The translations under genes and the position numbers were made by a program. From Botryllus schlosseri (lineage: Eukaryota), in NCBI GenBank assembly GCA_051294905.1, contig CM119372.1:6574001-6638000 (forward strand): a DNA stretch of 64,000 nucleotides, in the 5' to 3' direction. Positions 24,701-38,847 of the stretch are shown here, piece after piece. The notes beneath the pieces were generated by a model. The model ran no database searches. It was given only the letters and a program-made list of their open reading frames with translations, and was not told where the DNA came from. Every line of letters starts with the position of its first letter. Within the stretch, counting starts at the first letter, position 1.

Positions 24701-26057
24701 TTCTGCAAAATTACGAAATCGTGTCATTGACACATTTTCCATGGTATGACTTACTCGTATATAATTCGAGAGCTGGTGAGATTTTACAATACATATGCTA
24801 ATTGTACGAAATACAAGTGGGAAATAGCCACATGCAATGTCATCCTCAAGCTACTACGTGTCAGGTCAATACGTACATCAGTTACCGAACAGTACAGAAT
24901 ATCATGTCAGCGTAAGTGCGTCTCTAACAACTCATCAAGAGCTTGGAGCACACTTATAATCTTACAACGGCCGGTATGTTTGTATTTCTACCGTATAGAT
25001 ATTACACTTTCTAGTGACTATGTGCTTGGTAATAAGCAATCAAATAGCAAGCAGTAGCAGACTCCTTGCATCTATCATAGTGCAATACCCAAGGTTCAGA
25101 TGTTGACTCTCATTATTTACCTTAACCCCCTGTGCGTTTGCAGGTCATGAGAAAAGCTTTCGATCAATACTTGTTTGACAAATAACGTTTACGTGGTCAC
25201 GAAACACGGCACGATACCTGAAACATCGAAAACGCTTTACTAATAATTTACATTCGATTGGAGAAAAATAATGTTAAGGTATAGTGAAGAACTTTACTCC
25301 AAACCTAACGCGTCTGTGCTGATATATATGTAAACCATTTGCTGATATCGGATAGTACAACGCCATCATCGTGACAACACTGAATGAAACATAATGAATT
25401 ATGATTTTTTTCAAACGTGTTATATCAGAGAATATTTGCAAGTTCTAGCGTTTATCGTACTTGAGTTTGCCTCGTCGAATGGTCTCGATGGATGAATGGA
25501 GCTACCTGCTCGTAGAGAATACCAAATAGAGTTAGAAGTCACAAGTGTACAGAAGACTGATGACGAATGATTACTGTTGCTGAACATACCCAAGTATAGG
25601 ATTAATGCAGGGTAGCAATACCATCCTATGTGCCTCTGAGAATTTTGAGAGTTTTTGTTATTCCAACCTTACGATGGCGTAATGAGAATCACGTGTTGAA
25701 TGTACTCGGTCAGCACGGACTGTCTGACGGTAACAGCCCACCACATGAGAACAGACGAGACGGTACACAAAATTTAGTAGAGAGAAAGCCATACTCGTGA
25801 AACTTGCTGCAGACTGTTAAACATCATTGCGATTATATATTAACGAATAATGAGGCAGTATACGCCCCATGGCGTTTATATTCAGAGCGCTGCGGATGAG
25901 GGTATCATTTGGTCGGCAATAAAATCAGATGAAAATATTGTAAGTGTCCTTCATTTACAGTGTGTCGGTGGTGTAATCTATGTTAAACATATTTGAGGAA
26001 AGTCACCAATACAGAAGTTCAACTCCAAAAAGCAACGCTGACACAAGAGCTTTATCA

Positions 26058-29000
26058 ATGGAGCGCACAGCCGAAGGTTCCGCCGGTGAGTAATCGCGCA
26101 TGTCATCCTGCAAAAAGCAGTCGTCTGAAATATTGCGTATACTCTGTATTAGAATGGTTATTGAAGCATATTCGTTAAAGCTATTAGCAGATGAAGTAAT
26201 CTCAACGCTGATAAAACTGTTGGTCTGATAAAGTGATGTTGATAGAGTATAATCTGTGTTGACCAAATGCTATAAGCCCATCCGCAATGAAGGCAATGTC
26301 TATCCTAAATATTTCCCAGGTTTTGTCGTATTGATTGTAAACATAGAGTCACCGTTTCTACAACTTTTATGAGTCTGCTTACGCGATTTACACTTATGAC
26401 GTAGAGATATCCGTGACCAGAAAGGGATACCAATCACACTCATATACGGTCGGCTCGTCAAGCTATCAAGCCGCATTTGGATACAAGGCAAAGCGCCACA
26501 CTGATCATGGATTGCTGCGGTACAACCGCGGGTATGTCTTACTAAATCGAGGGATGACCATCGTTGAGTCGATCATAAATAACGGGAATTTATGAATCAA
26601 CAGCTTGTATCTCTAATTCTTGGTCAGTGCATTGCATTGTAGATAGGGGTCGCAGATACATTATGTAAAGAAATTCACCGTTGCTTCAATCTAAGGTACT
26701 CCAAGGAGGGTACCATACATTCGGTTTCCGCAGCCGAAAATTTCGCCCAACTGCCCGGTATACTGAACAGCCGCACCGATGAGAAGGAAGAGCTTAGTTC
26801 ACTCAACGATAGGTTTGCAACCTACATCGATAAGGTGAAGAGGCTGGAAGCTCAAAACAAATCTCTAACCACGAAGATCATTGAGGTAAACAAGGGCGAG
26901 GGTTCCGTTCTTCAATTGTCTGACTATATTCAGTACGGCACCACGTGGATTCCCATATAGTTCCCAAACTTTATTGTGTTATCCATCGGAACATGATAAT
27001 ATTAATAGAAAGAGTGAGAGGTGCTTATCCCATTCACGGCCTTGTACACTACAGTTCTGGGTTAATTTACAAGATATACAGTATATACGGATTCAAAGTA
27101 ACGATAAGATCTTTCGATGGTATGAGCCAATCGACTTACTAAAGTAAGGAGCGGATATACAGACACAAAAGCAAACATCGCCATTATGTACCGGTCTGGT
27201 CATTCATTATGTTGAGAAGGAAAAGCCAACAGATATTCGTAAGTCATCAAAATTGCCCCAATGAAAGAAATTGCAGATTATGATCAGTCAATGGCGTTAG
27301 TCTGCCGGATTATGACGGCCATTCATGGAATATATTGGTTAAGTTAAAATATTAGGAAAGTAAGCTATATAGTATGCTCGCCGATCTGCCATTCTATATT
27401 CTCTGAAGGAAGTTTTTATTAATAACATGAACAGAGCTATATTTGACAACTAATATAATTTTTATGGCTCGCGTGGGAAATTCGCAGCGTAAGTAACTTT
27501 TCTACGACTCTTGATATACCAATTTCGCAAATGTAATCCACAAATCAACGCTAAATTAAAAACAGCACCATTTATCAACAGCTTGAATCGAGCAGGAGCA
27601 TGGTAAGTCGCTCTGGTGACATGTACGACGACGAACTTGCAAGGCTCCGTCGCGAAATTGAGAAACTGACGCACGACAGAGCGGCGTGCGAGATCCAGTT
27701 GCACAACTGTGTTCAAGATTTGCAGGAATCGGAAAAAAGGTATACGAACATCAGTTTTATCACGCCTTTCCATACCTGCATGTATGCTGGACCCATGGCA
27801 GCCTATCATTGTCTATTGTTCCTTACAGAGAACAGCAGGAGGCGAATGCACGGCGTGAAGCAGAGCGCACCATAAAATCTCTGAGGAAGGATGTAGACGA
27901 CGCCACTCTATCAAGAATGGATTTGGAGAGAAGGGTTGAAACATTGCAGGAGGAGTTGGAGTTGCTTAGGGCAACTTCGAATGAGGTATCCTTTTAAATT
28001 ATTATTGCTGTATCGGACGGATACCAATACGGACTGATTCGGTGTCACATTATTTCACGGTCAACCGTGTCGCTGTCGACCAACAAGTGTCCTAAATTGA
28101 ACCATTGTGACCAACTAGGAACGTCTATATATCGTTATACTGCTCTAGTTGGACAGGACAGCCGTAACACAACAACCTTATAATTCTAGATATCACGATG
28201 TAATAATTGTCTGAATCGAACTAATGAATTTAGTTAAGAATCTATCCACGCGGCAATCTGCAACAACTCACGAACGATTCTTACAGATATGGATGCTCGT
28301 ATTCAGACATACTTCATAGCTAAATAAATAATCCGCAGACTTGGTGTTTGCTTTTCTCATGTTTTCAACTGATGTACTAATTAGTTTCGCTCTGTCTTAT
28401 GTACAGGACATTGAGACTTTGAAATCACATGTAACGGTTACACGCGAAGATGTACTCGATTCTGCTCCCGAGCCGATTTGGGACCTCACCGACTCCCTAA
28501 AAGATATCCGCGCGGCGTACGAACAATTGTCTGCGAATAACACAACCGAAATTGAGAAAATCTACAAGAAAAATGTAAGTTGTCCAACAATGAACTACCG
28601 CAAAATCGAACGGGTCGTATTCAGATTGCAGATTTGCAAGCACAAGTTAAGAAAGCTAACCAAGCTCTGGCCACGTCCAAAACCGACTCGGTGGAAACGC
28701 GCAGACAGTTGCAGTCGCTGACCGCCGACATCGAAGGTCTGCGAAGCACGGTAAAACCTCCTCAGCGACCTCCAACGGCCGCACAATATTACAAGTTTAT
28801 ACCTACTATTGCAGAACGCGTCACTCGAAGCACAAATCTCCGATTTGGAGGGCCGTCTGGAAAAGGAAGGCATGGAAGCGAGAGACAAAATACAGGTGAA
28901 ACGTTAATTATTTTATAGACGCAATCCATTTGAAAATATACCCGTTTCTGTTTAGGAACTGGAAGAGGAACTGCAAAAGTCACGCGATATGTTGGCTAAC

Positions 29001-30072
29001 CACCTCGCAGATTACAACAGGCTCATGAGCTTGAAACTGTCGCTCGATCTCGAAATCGCCACCTACAGAAAATTGTTGGAGGGCGAAGAGGGAAGGTAAA
29101 TTAGGACCTCATTACCAATTGTGGAAAAGCCTGATGATGTGACGTGTTTGGAATAATCTTTTTAGAATCAGCAGAAGCGCTAGCAACATGGAAACGAGCA
29201 GTGTGACAGTAGAAGGCAAATTTTCGGGTGAGAACAATTTCAAAATGAAGGTACTTGTTTTGAATTGCATCCGCATTGCTGGACAGCGGTTCATCTAAAA
29301 GTCTTACGCATTTATCATCGTCTACAGTGCATTACGTTAAAAGCGACGAGCTTGGAGACTGTCAGGGGAAATTGTGTTGTTTTGAATATATTGACATAAC
29401 GCATCTAAAAGTTTAAGGTCGAATGGTGGTCCTATCCTCGGATTTTAGCTTTGTACAGCAGAATGCTGGTATTATTCACTACTTTGCTGGAAGTATTTTC
29501 ACACTAGCATGTTGGTGGCTACACTCGCTGGGATACAACGTTGCCTTGCTTCCCGCTGCCTAACATATGAAACTGGGTAGAAACGTTTTTACAGGAAGAG
29601 GCCGAACATCCTCCACAGGGAGCGAAAAATACGGAACCACACAATCGTACCTCGAAGATGACGTTATAAATCTCATGATTGACGACAGTGACGTCGATGA
29701 CCTTGCTCATTGTCACGAGCTGTTAAGTGATGCAGCGGACCACGAGAACTCATGTAGTGAAAACTTCGATGGCTATCATTCTTAGATGAGTGCGCTAGGC
29801 ACATCGCGAAAGCCTCAGTGACACACACGTTATGGTTTCATTACATTGTCGATCGCAAATAAAACCACGTTTATGTGATTTGGAGTATTACCGCGGGTGG
29901 CCTTGCGCAGCTGCGAAGGACAATACAGGAAAATATGAATGATAATACGTTAAGCCGGGGCTTTTACTTTTTAGCACATTCAACTGTCGAGAAACCACAG
30001 ATCCTGGTGAAGGAGGAAGTCAGGAGGACATCCGTCTCATCATCTTCTTCGTCGTCATCTGACTCAGATTAA
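26058..30072 (+). CDS. Cytoplasmic intermediate filament protein, type III-like (desmin/vimentin-like), ~444 aa; exons 26058-26085, 26405-26531, 26696-26885, 27582-27739, 27829-27985, 28407-28574, 28625-28750, 28815-28895, 28956-29095, 29166-29227, 29975-30072
   Basis: Coil 1A motif [26 protein letters not shown]. Coil 1B aligns without gaps to vimentin ([19 protein letters not shown]...[25 protein letters not shown]). Rod end [16 protein letters not shown]. Phases close to 1335 nt. The head exons and the AAG acceptor at 26695 are less certain than the rod exons. Confidence 0.93.
29595..29785 (+). CDS. Putative alternative terminal exon of the IF gene (acidic tail; ~475-aa isoform)
   Basis: The tttttacag| acceptor is phase 1, like the 29975 acceptor. 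Open frame [67 protein letters not shown], with its own AATAAA at 29858. Confidence 0.55.
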
Positions 30073-30189
30073 AGAATGGACACACGGAAGGGATAGAAGC
30101 ACATAATTCAGAGATTTCTCCGACTTAGAAATACACGCAGTATATGTAATCAAGCATACCACAGGAGATTCGCTTAGGCGCATGTTGGC

Positions 30190-30195
30190 AATAAA
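30190..30195 (+). terminator. Polyadenylation signal of the IF gene
   Basis: AATAAA about 118 nt after the TAA at 30072. Confidence 0.6.
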
Positions 30196-30541
30196 GATTC
30201 TTTTGAAAGTGTCTATGCCCATTGCGTCAAAAGTAAAAATGGGGTAACTTCGTTTTGGTGGTAAGCATCGGTGGTAGCTTCGTGTGAGGAATACACTGTT
30301 TATAAGAAGAGAAAAGTATTAACCGATCGGGCTCATGGAATGGATACTACAGAAAGATCATCTGATCGGCCCATTGATAGGCAGTGACTATAGTCAACTG
30401 ATCTAGCGTGAATCAGCATATCCTCGCTCTATATATCGACGGGGGCAGCCACATATATATAAATATAGACGCGGCGGATGCCTTGGTGCCGACTTTTCGT
30501 TCAGACGGTATCGTTTATATAGCGTACACATCACATATGGT

Positions 30542-31417
30542 AAGTGTTGGGAACAAGTCACTGCCGTTGACTGTTCGAGTGACAAGTCATCTCGAGTCAT
30601 TGCGTATTTTGACTAAGTAAAGTGACGTCAATCGGATTTTGGGAAGTCACTCGAGTCCAGTCAAGTCGAAATGAGAGCCACCATTCAAATTCATTGCATT
30701 TTGCTATCTGTTTGAAACGCAGATTGTGCCGCCATTTATTCTGTATCGAGAAACGAATACGTGCAAAAATACGTTGTATCGCTCACGCGTACAACTGCTG
30801 AACTTTGCGTTAACTGTATAGCCTCACTCTGAAGATAGCAGGCAAATAGAAACCGCAAAAAGTCGAAACGAATTGATATGATGCAATACACTCGTTCTCT
30901 ACGCATCCATGAAAATAAATTTAGCCTGCTCCTATTGCTGACGAGCGATATAAACTATATAAATTCAAAATATACAAGAGAATTGGTTCGGGTGAGCACT
31001 GAGTTCGGCGAGCAGTCTGTAGAACAGGCATAGCCTAGATTGCTAAGTACTAGTTTACGACACCGTAATCTGTAAGCTTGGCCACTGAGTTGTGGTCAAT
31101 TTATTTGTGATGTAACAATCCAGACTCATTCAGTAAAACCAAAACGTACAATCGATAAAATGATTGGTTGCCGGCGCTGACATCGGTCAAACCAGCGTAT
31201 CGCGAACAATCCGAAGTCCGAACACATACAAGACACAGCGATGTAGTCGACACCGATTACTTGATGACTTAAAATTGCCTCGTTGATTTTGCTCACGTCC
31301 TCACGAGTCAATCCACGTTTCTGAAACGTCGATCGAGTGAAGTCAAGTAATTTTTGGAAAGTGACTCAAGTCAAGTCGAGTAATAAGTAAAAGTTGACTC
31401 AAGTCATTCTAGCAGTG
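30542..31417. mobile_element. Degenerate hAT MITE with GACTC/AAGTCA subterminal repeats
   Basis: aAGTGTTGGGAA...TTCTAGCAGTG; TSD CATATGGT/CATATGGC. Confidence 0.75.
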
Positions 31418-33083
31418 CATATGGCTACTATTGCGAACCGTGGTATCCTTATCCACAAGAAAACCGTTATATAGTTCTTTAGTAACTGAAATGTCGATAT
31501 GCATGGTAAGTAGCAGTTAAACGTCCACTATTACCCAAACAGTAAGACAAGCATTTTGAGTACTTGAACGATGGTATTGATGTGACGTTTATTGGTTGTG
31601 GTCAATTGATCTCCAAGAGGCGTTTCCCTAGCGCATGACAAGCGGTCCAGTACCATTAAATCAGATTCGGTTCGGTTTATTAGCAATTTTTATCAGTTCA
31701 ATACACCACAAAATTGCGATACAATGAAAAGATAGGAAGGTGTCGAAACGACTTGGAGTAGTCTTTGAAATCAGATACCCACCTTGGCCGAGGCGATGTA
31801 AAAAGGAGGCAGGCACACTGAGTGAAAAGATGGGCAATGGCATGGATGTAGCCTACTGTGTACGTAGGGCATACAGTTGTACACTGAAGGCAAAATCTCA
31901 GTTTTTTTTTTCAACTTCGTTTCGTATTGCTGCACTCGGTGATGCCCATTGTCGGTAATATACATTTTTGGTATTGTACATTCTCTGCAACCTCCACTCC
32001 AGACCGTGTCTTCTCGGTTGCAGCATTCTCGGTATTGATCAGTTGACCACAGATGTCGAATTCGATTATGAGCAGCACCGTTAGAGCACCACCTAGCGGG
32101 TATCACTGATAATAAAATGTTGACGTTAGTTGCTTGTTGTGTCACAATATTTCCATCGAGCAACTTCATCACGAACGATTTATCACCCTCATTTACTTTT
32201 GTTTTTGGTACGACTCAAGCTATAATATTATTGGAGGGTAGTTGGTTGCAGAGTCAAGAATGGCGTAACGACGATTGGTTCCTGGACCATAGGAGTATAT
32301 TGCAACGTATACAAATTTGTGCCATATGTTGACTAATTTTTGTCATAACGTAATACACGTAGTACGTCGTAAACCTACGAACCACATAAAACCGTAAATC
32401 AACGTAAAGTATGCAGTATTCTGGGAGAATTTATTCAACTTGACGGTTTTCTTCGCGCTGGAAGTCTCGACTTTAATGTACGTAAGGTAGTAGGAACACG
32501 CCAATAAAAATGTTAATTTACAGGTCCGACTTTATGCGCAATAACGGCATATTCTGACTATCGCTTGAGGCCTTTATTGGGATGCTGTAGTTTAAGGGTT
32601 TTCAATCTGCTGGTGAATGACTATTAGGTGCCCGCCATTAACGCGCCATGATACACCGAGACGTATAAAGTTTCGACCAGCATGCGTATCAGCGAAGTGC
32701 GCTGCCGAAAGATCGGTGGCAAGAACACCTTTGCCGAAAAAGACCGCCGCCTGTTGGCCGAAACCTTCGATTATATATATACTTCTACATGTGCGTTATT
32801 CCAATATCTTTTGACTGTAGTGACGATCTTGACCAGGCACGCAACTAAGTAATTAATACCAATAGGCCCGCCCTAAGACATTTAAGTAATAATTACGTTT
32901 CCTAAAGTTTCGAAGGCGGCATCAGCACCTCTAAATTAGCTCTACCAGTATATTTGGTCTCGTGGGTTCGGCGATTATCAAAAGTTTATAGCAATATATC
33001 CAATTATAATATTATTACGAATAGCAATATCTTATATACGTCACAATATTTCTTGTTCAGTTTATGTCGCAGTCGTTGTAACA

Positions 33084-33906
33084 CAGGGGTCATCAACACG
33101 CGGCCCGCGACCTTATTTGAAATTTCGGAAGAACACTTAGTAAACATTTTGAAATGCTTAAATTGATTTCAGTATAAACATATTATTGTTATTGTTCAAA
33201 GTAAGCTATTCTCCTGTGCCCAGCATCACTATTCCTCACTATAGCTGATACGGCTTCGGCGACGGTAACATCATTCCATGGACGAATAATTTGCTGAGAT
33301 GAATGGGCTGGGCACATTGCCTAGGCGTGCAATGGCCCACCACTGCCAAGACCGAGACGATTAGAGAATGACTTCAGGCTCCCCGAAAGACCGAGCCAAG
33401 GAGATAGTTTTTCAGCAAGCAACGTGTCTAGCTAACCCCGATATCGATTGTTTAGTAAAGAGGTGGCCAATCTGCGGCAGTTGAAGGAAAATTATGCGGC
33501 CGTCGACACTTAATTCGACTAGAATGTGTTGGCGGCCGTCAATATGCAAATTGAATTTACGAATTGGCTCCCTAACTAATGAGGGGTTTGAATTATTCTT
33601 GAAAATTTCTTCGCGATACGCGCGGTTCAATGCGACTTGAATTTAATATAGTGTTCTTTGTAATCTGAGCCCCACAACAGATGCGAACAGCAGACTTCCC
33701 TAAATTATCGAAGACATCCCTGTATCAACGCTACCGGTGAGTCTGATCACATGGGCTGAGAAAGGATAAATATTTGATAGTAATATGTGAAACTATACCG
33801 ATATTAACGACGAAATTCACTCATGAATATGAAAAAAATCTCGCGCTTCGCGCTATTAGCACACGAATCCCTGTGGTTATTCATATAACATCACTGCTCA
33901 CGATTT
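33084..33906. mobile_element. Truncated copy of the 20126 hAT element
   Basis: Left TIR CAGGGGTCATCAACACGCGGCCCGC; interior collinear with 20126-21200, with internal deletions. Confidence 0.88.
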
Positions 33907-34113
33907 CCGTGGGTATGGTATACGCCGACATGAGGTAAATAAATTGGTACGGAGTTCACTGGCAATGGGCAATTGGACATGGACAGTGTAACATGGGTAT
34001 TTGACCTCCAGGTTAGTTCATTACGACTGTATACTGGAATGCGGCCGTAGGCTACCAAAGTAATCGATATACGGCCCTAAATAGCAAAAGGGTTGGTCAG
34101 CCGTGCTTTAGTT

Positions 34114-34543
34114 CAGGGGCGGGAAACTTCTCCAGTCGAAGGGCCGGATGTGGGAAAATGAAGTACTTGGCGGGCGGATTCTTGAATCGATACATTAATC
34201 ACATATTTATCCACCCATACAAGGAATAAATCGCATTTAATGTACATTTTAAGAGTAACGCATAGAGACCAAACGCAGTAGTCAATGAATTTATTAACGT
34301 AATATACTTCAATAGCTGTGGGCGATTAAAGTTGTCAACAAGTTCTTTGAATTGTCGCTGCCTCGTGGACGTACAAACCCTTAGTAAAGAATGCATGTGA
34401 ACATATGCTACATCGGAACGTCGCTTTGTCTTACATATGTTCATGGTCGAAAAAGGTTTGCTAGCAAATTATTATGTAGGACCGGAAGCTGTCCGCGAGC
34501 CGCTCAAAATCCCGTCGTGGGCGGTATATGTTGCCCGCCCCAG
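34114..34543. mobile_element. hAT (Charlie-like) MITE
   Basis: CAGGGGCGGGAAAC...GTTGCCCGCCCCAG; TSD CTTTAGTT/CTTTATTT. Confidence 0.8.
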
Positions 34544-35037
34544 CTTTATTTGCTGAAAGGTGTTGTCAGGTATCGTGCGCACCTCATAGTTCAAAATATA
34601 ATGAAAGTGATTATCATGAGATTTTTTTGTATTTGTATTTCTTCAGTAAAATATTATTACTTTGTGGTAACTGTGCCTGTCGCCCGTCTAGGCTAAACGA
34701 CTATGAGTACAGCTTATATCTTGATGTTAACTTTTCCAAAAACCATGAATGAATACTTTACTTTTACAAGATGTATGCCATATAAAATTTCGATTTATGA
34801 TGAAGCTATGTAACAAAATTTTACAATGGAGAAATTCATTAATGAACATTTCACCAGTAATAAAAGATAATAAAGAGGTGCCGAGTAAAATCGAAATTAT
34901 GCAATTGCTAGTTATGTTTTGGTTGGGATAAGGCCATGAGGTAGGAGTATAGTTACGGTGTTAATATTTCCAGCTAAGAAGAAAAACAAAATATTTTGAT
35001 GTTTTTTCAAACGTTTGACTTTCTAGTCTCTTTAATC

Positions 35038-36560
35038 CAGGGGTTCCAAACAAGGAGTCGCGACCCCAATGGCGTCGTTTGCCTATTCTCAGGGGTTACG
35101 GAGACGAAAATTAAATACCAATGACAATTACAAGAGTGCTAAATAAGCGTATCCTATCGGCGGCTCATTTCTGAATATTTCAGTTTATTTTTCAAAATAG
35201 AAGAAAACACCACCTCCAAGGAATGCTAACCCGGTAAACAAGGCATTAGATCAGTTACCATATTTTTGTAACACAAATTCCGGACGCTCTTTAGCGCCCA
35301 CTAGCGGATTTCAAAAGTAGGCATGAGCACACGGTCGATCAATATGACGTCACACCAGCAAAGCTTTGTCTATCAACTAGAGGCGGTCACGATCCGGTTC
35401 AGGAGTATGTGATTGTGTGTTGCAAGTTGTAACCAGGGCCGAAGCCACATTTTTTCAGCCCCCTCAGCTCCCGCCCAAATAAACATGGGGCCATCGCGGG
35501 GAAATCAATGCAACTTCTGGGGGCTTACTACATGCATCTGGTTTCGATATGCATCTCGTCGTTAAATGATTTGAATGAATTATGTCAATAATATTAGTTC
35601 TTCTATCTATTACTATATGATTTGATCCTCTCTCAGCCCACATAATCAGAGTTAGCGGTAGAGCTGGTAGAGGATGATGACTTCAAAATTGCAAGGAGCG
35701 TAGTTGTACATCGTCAAGTCATGTTCATGCCACACCGATAATATTATTTATCAGCCTAATGCCGGTGCGCACTGCACCACTGAGCTATATGAACACCGCA
35801 CATCCGGTGGTTTCCAACCTTTTATGGTCGTGACTTCATTTCCAATTTGAAAATGTTCCGTGGCCCGGATCAAAATTTGATAAGCTAATTAATAATTAAA
35901 GGTCGGCACATTTTCCCAAACTTACGGCCTATTTTGGAAGCTGATTAAGTTCAACATCTTCGCGAACCCCAGGATAAACGCAAACTACTTCAAGGTTTAG
36001 AACCACTATCTTTGAACAAAGCATCCAAACGGCCTAAACCGATTCTACAAATATATCGTTATCTTGTTATTGCGATTACAATTAGACTTCTTTCTGTAAA
36101 TGAATGTTTTTTATTCATTTTTATCGCAGTTTTTGCGAGGGTGGTATTCTCCATATTAAAAGTCATATATGGGATACAACATCGCGCGCAGCGAGAAGAA
36201 AAATCTCATGTATCAAAAATCTGCCCAAAACATAATATTGTTTATGTTGATTTAGGAAAAAATTATTAGCTTACTTCAAAATTCCGGACATTTAGACATA
36301 TTTTAGAAATTCCTCCCGGACGCAGTTTTAACAGTGAAATTCCGGACATGTGCGGGAAATTCCGGACGTATGGCAACCCTACTGCTATAACTTATGGTTG
36401 GTGTCTGGTCATCACTATGAAGTGTCAGGAGCACAATAAAAACCAGCAAAACGGTTATTTTGCCTTCCGGGAGAACTAAAAGTTGCCGGTATTGCTGTGT
36501 GTTGGGAGTATGAATCATACACACACGCTCGGCGCGGCCGAATAACTTATAGATCGTTTT
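35038..36560. mobile_element. hAT element (paralog of 46643-49021) interrupted by a Blackjack-like element (~35250-36381), which itself contains a Charlie-like remnant (~35803-36008)
   Basis: 35038-35255 and 36385-36555 match 46643-46766 and 48457-48725; the internal element ends GGACGTATGGCAACCCTA at 36381. Confidence 0.65.
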
Positions 36561-36662
36561 CTGTAAGTTTACTAAGCTTCTAACCCGCATGAAGTTGTAT
36601 TATAGATATTTGAAGTTTATACGGGATACATTTTTAAATTACTGCCACTAATTAGCAATTAA

Positions 36663-37116
36663 CACTTTGACTGCCAACAATCCTAAATATAGGATTTTAC
36701 TCAATCCCATAAACTGCCAGCGATCCTATATTTAGGATATTTTTGAAATGAGTACAGTAAAGTCCGGAATTGGTTTTATCCCCGGATTACGGCGGTATCC
36801 GAGGCTACTGAATAGGCTTGTTGTCATAAACCCCCATTTTCGTTGCCGGGAGTATTTTTTTTAAATCACATTTGCATACAATAGGTCAACCTTTTTTTGG
36901 TTTGACCACTAGGTGGCTTTTCATAAAATGAGCAGCAAAAAAATTGAATTATTTTCATAATTCCTTGATGTTGAAAAAAAAATTTTTTTTCATAAGTTGC
37001 GCAAGGTTTGCACTTATCAGCACGCCCGATTCCATCCAAATATCCAACTAGTCGAAAATTCATTGTTCGCTGGCGTTTACTGGCAATTTCCATAATAGGC
37101 CTTGGCAGCTAAAGTG
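36663..37116. mobile_element. piggyBac-like MITE
   Basis: TTAA|CACTTTGACTGCCAA...TTGGCAGCTAAAGTG|TTAA. Confidence 0.85.
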
Positions 37117-37267
37117 TTAATTGTTCTAGATCTGGTGATCATCTAGTCGAGTTGAATCATGTCATGTTTTGATATCAGCGCATAGAATATGTTGGTTTTA
37201 TCGGCATGAGTATGTTGTATCGGTGTTGTTGGTATCAGCTCAGAACTAGGATATCGGCTATAGTAAT

Positions 37268-38703
37268 TAGGGCTGAGCACAATGATTCGAGTCCAGTAGT
37301 GCAAGACGATTTTTCAAGTCCTGAAATTATGCGTTCATTGCCAGTAAGAGGTAATTTATCAACGGAAATGGGAAGCCGCGGCGCAGCGTCACGACACCAA
37401 CGGCAGCGGTTCCCGTCCCGGTTCGGACCAAGTTCTATGTGTAGGAAGTTTATCTGGACTCAGATCATCGCTAACCTCACTGCGATTGTATTGTATGAAA
37501 AAGCCCAGAGTGAAGGTGAGCCGAGCCAATAGTGGGCAGCAAAGACTCAAGATACCGATGCACGAAAAACGAGAGTGGCCGATGGCGGGAGAGAGCGAAA
37601 ACGGAAGTCGTCTGTAATATGACAAAAACACCACAAAAGACACTGTTGTAAATGAAATTACCGTGCTGGGCGCAAATGACCTTACAGGCGATAAGCGCCA
37701 ATGTTGTGAGCAAAACAATAAACAATATCAACGGAAAGTATAGTTGTGATAGTATTTTCCACTGTGGAAGCCGCGAAACATCGATTAGCGGTATTGCAAT
37801 TGCGGCATGCGAAACATGTAGCACTGAGCATTTCGCGTTAGGGGAAATGGCATTTCTGCAAAGTTGTGATAAATCCGCGGCATTGTCACATACAACAATA
37901 AAGTACGCGGGGCCGAAAAATACCGATGTGGAATTGACGTTATATTCTTTGTGGTCACATAAAAGGATATATTTTTGAACTCCCCACATTTTCTATGCTG
38001 CTATGACGTCATAACGAGTAATACTCGAATACTCCAAGTATCGAATGTTAACATGGAATGGCAACGACAGCGAGCGTTCCGTTTCGCTGAGGCCTTATTC
38101 AGTCGTATCTTGCGGCAGCGACTGTAGGATTTCTGGCAATCCAAAAGTTATCTTCCAGAGCGCTGAATTTACTGAATCTGGTCTTGATCGAAAACTACTG
38201 TCGCACCGACTCCGAAAACGTAAATTAAAATATGATCAGGCACTGAACCACCCAGAATTCACCCTCCAAGTCTGAATTATCGGCAATGTTCGAACAATCG
38301 AAGAGCCGCAAAGGGTAATTGTTTTGCGGTCGTCACATTGTTCTGAACAATGCAGATCTTAGATCTTGAGGGTGATATTTCATCTAAGTACGGAGCCTGA
38401 CCATATTTTCATTTATATTTTCGGAATCAGTGCGACAGTAGCTTTCAATCAAGACCAGATCCAGTAAAGTCTGCGCTCTGGAAGATAACTTTTGGATTGC
38501 AAGGAATCCTACAGTCGCTGCCGTATAATAAGTCTGAAAAAAGCCTCAGCGAAGCGGAACGAAGCTGCAAAATCGGTCGTTGCCATTCCATGTTTACATT
38601 CGATACTCCAAGCCTAAAACTATATATTACTTACCTCCGCTCTAGATTACTAAAACTCGATTTAGAATCGATTCATTCCGATACTCAATTTTGCGCAGCC
38701 ATG
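37268..38703. mobile_element. hAT (Ac-like) MITE, paralog of 58017-58533, with a nested fold-back element
   Basis: TAGGGCTGAGCACAATGATTCGAG...degenerate right end TTTTGCGCAGCCATG; TSD ATAGTAAT/CTAGTAAT. Confidence 0.75.
38039..38605. mobile_element. Palindromic (fold-back) MITE with 7-bp TSD, P-element-like
   Basis: TATCGAATGTTAACATGGAATGGCA...TGCCATTCCATGTTTACATTCGATA; TSD CTCCAAG; same family as 44819. Confidence 0.85.
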
Positions 38704-38847
38704 CTAGTAATAAATGATTACAGTAAAGATCCAGGCGAATGAAATTCACGCCGTAATGAATGGATGCTTCGTTAGAAGCCGACGATTGGGTCGCTGTACT
38801 CTGTACGGTACACTGGCCTCACAAAAAGAATGAGATATACCTATCAC

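Noticed and set aside
31771..32172. YITDNGHHRVQ resembling an NHL-repeat motif
   Set aside because: A single short match with no repeats and no supporting exon structure.
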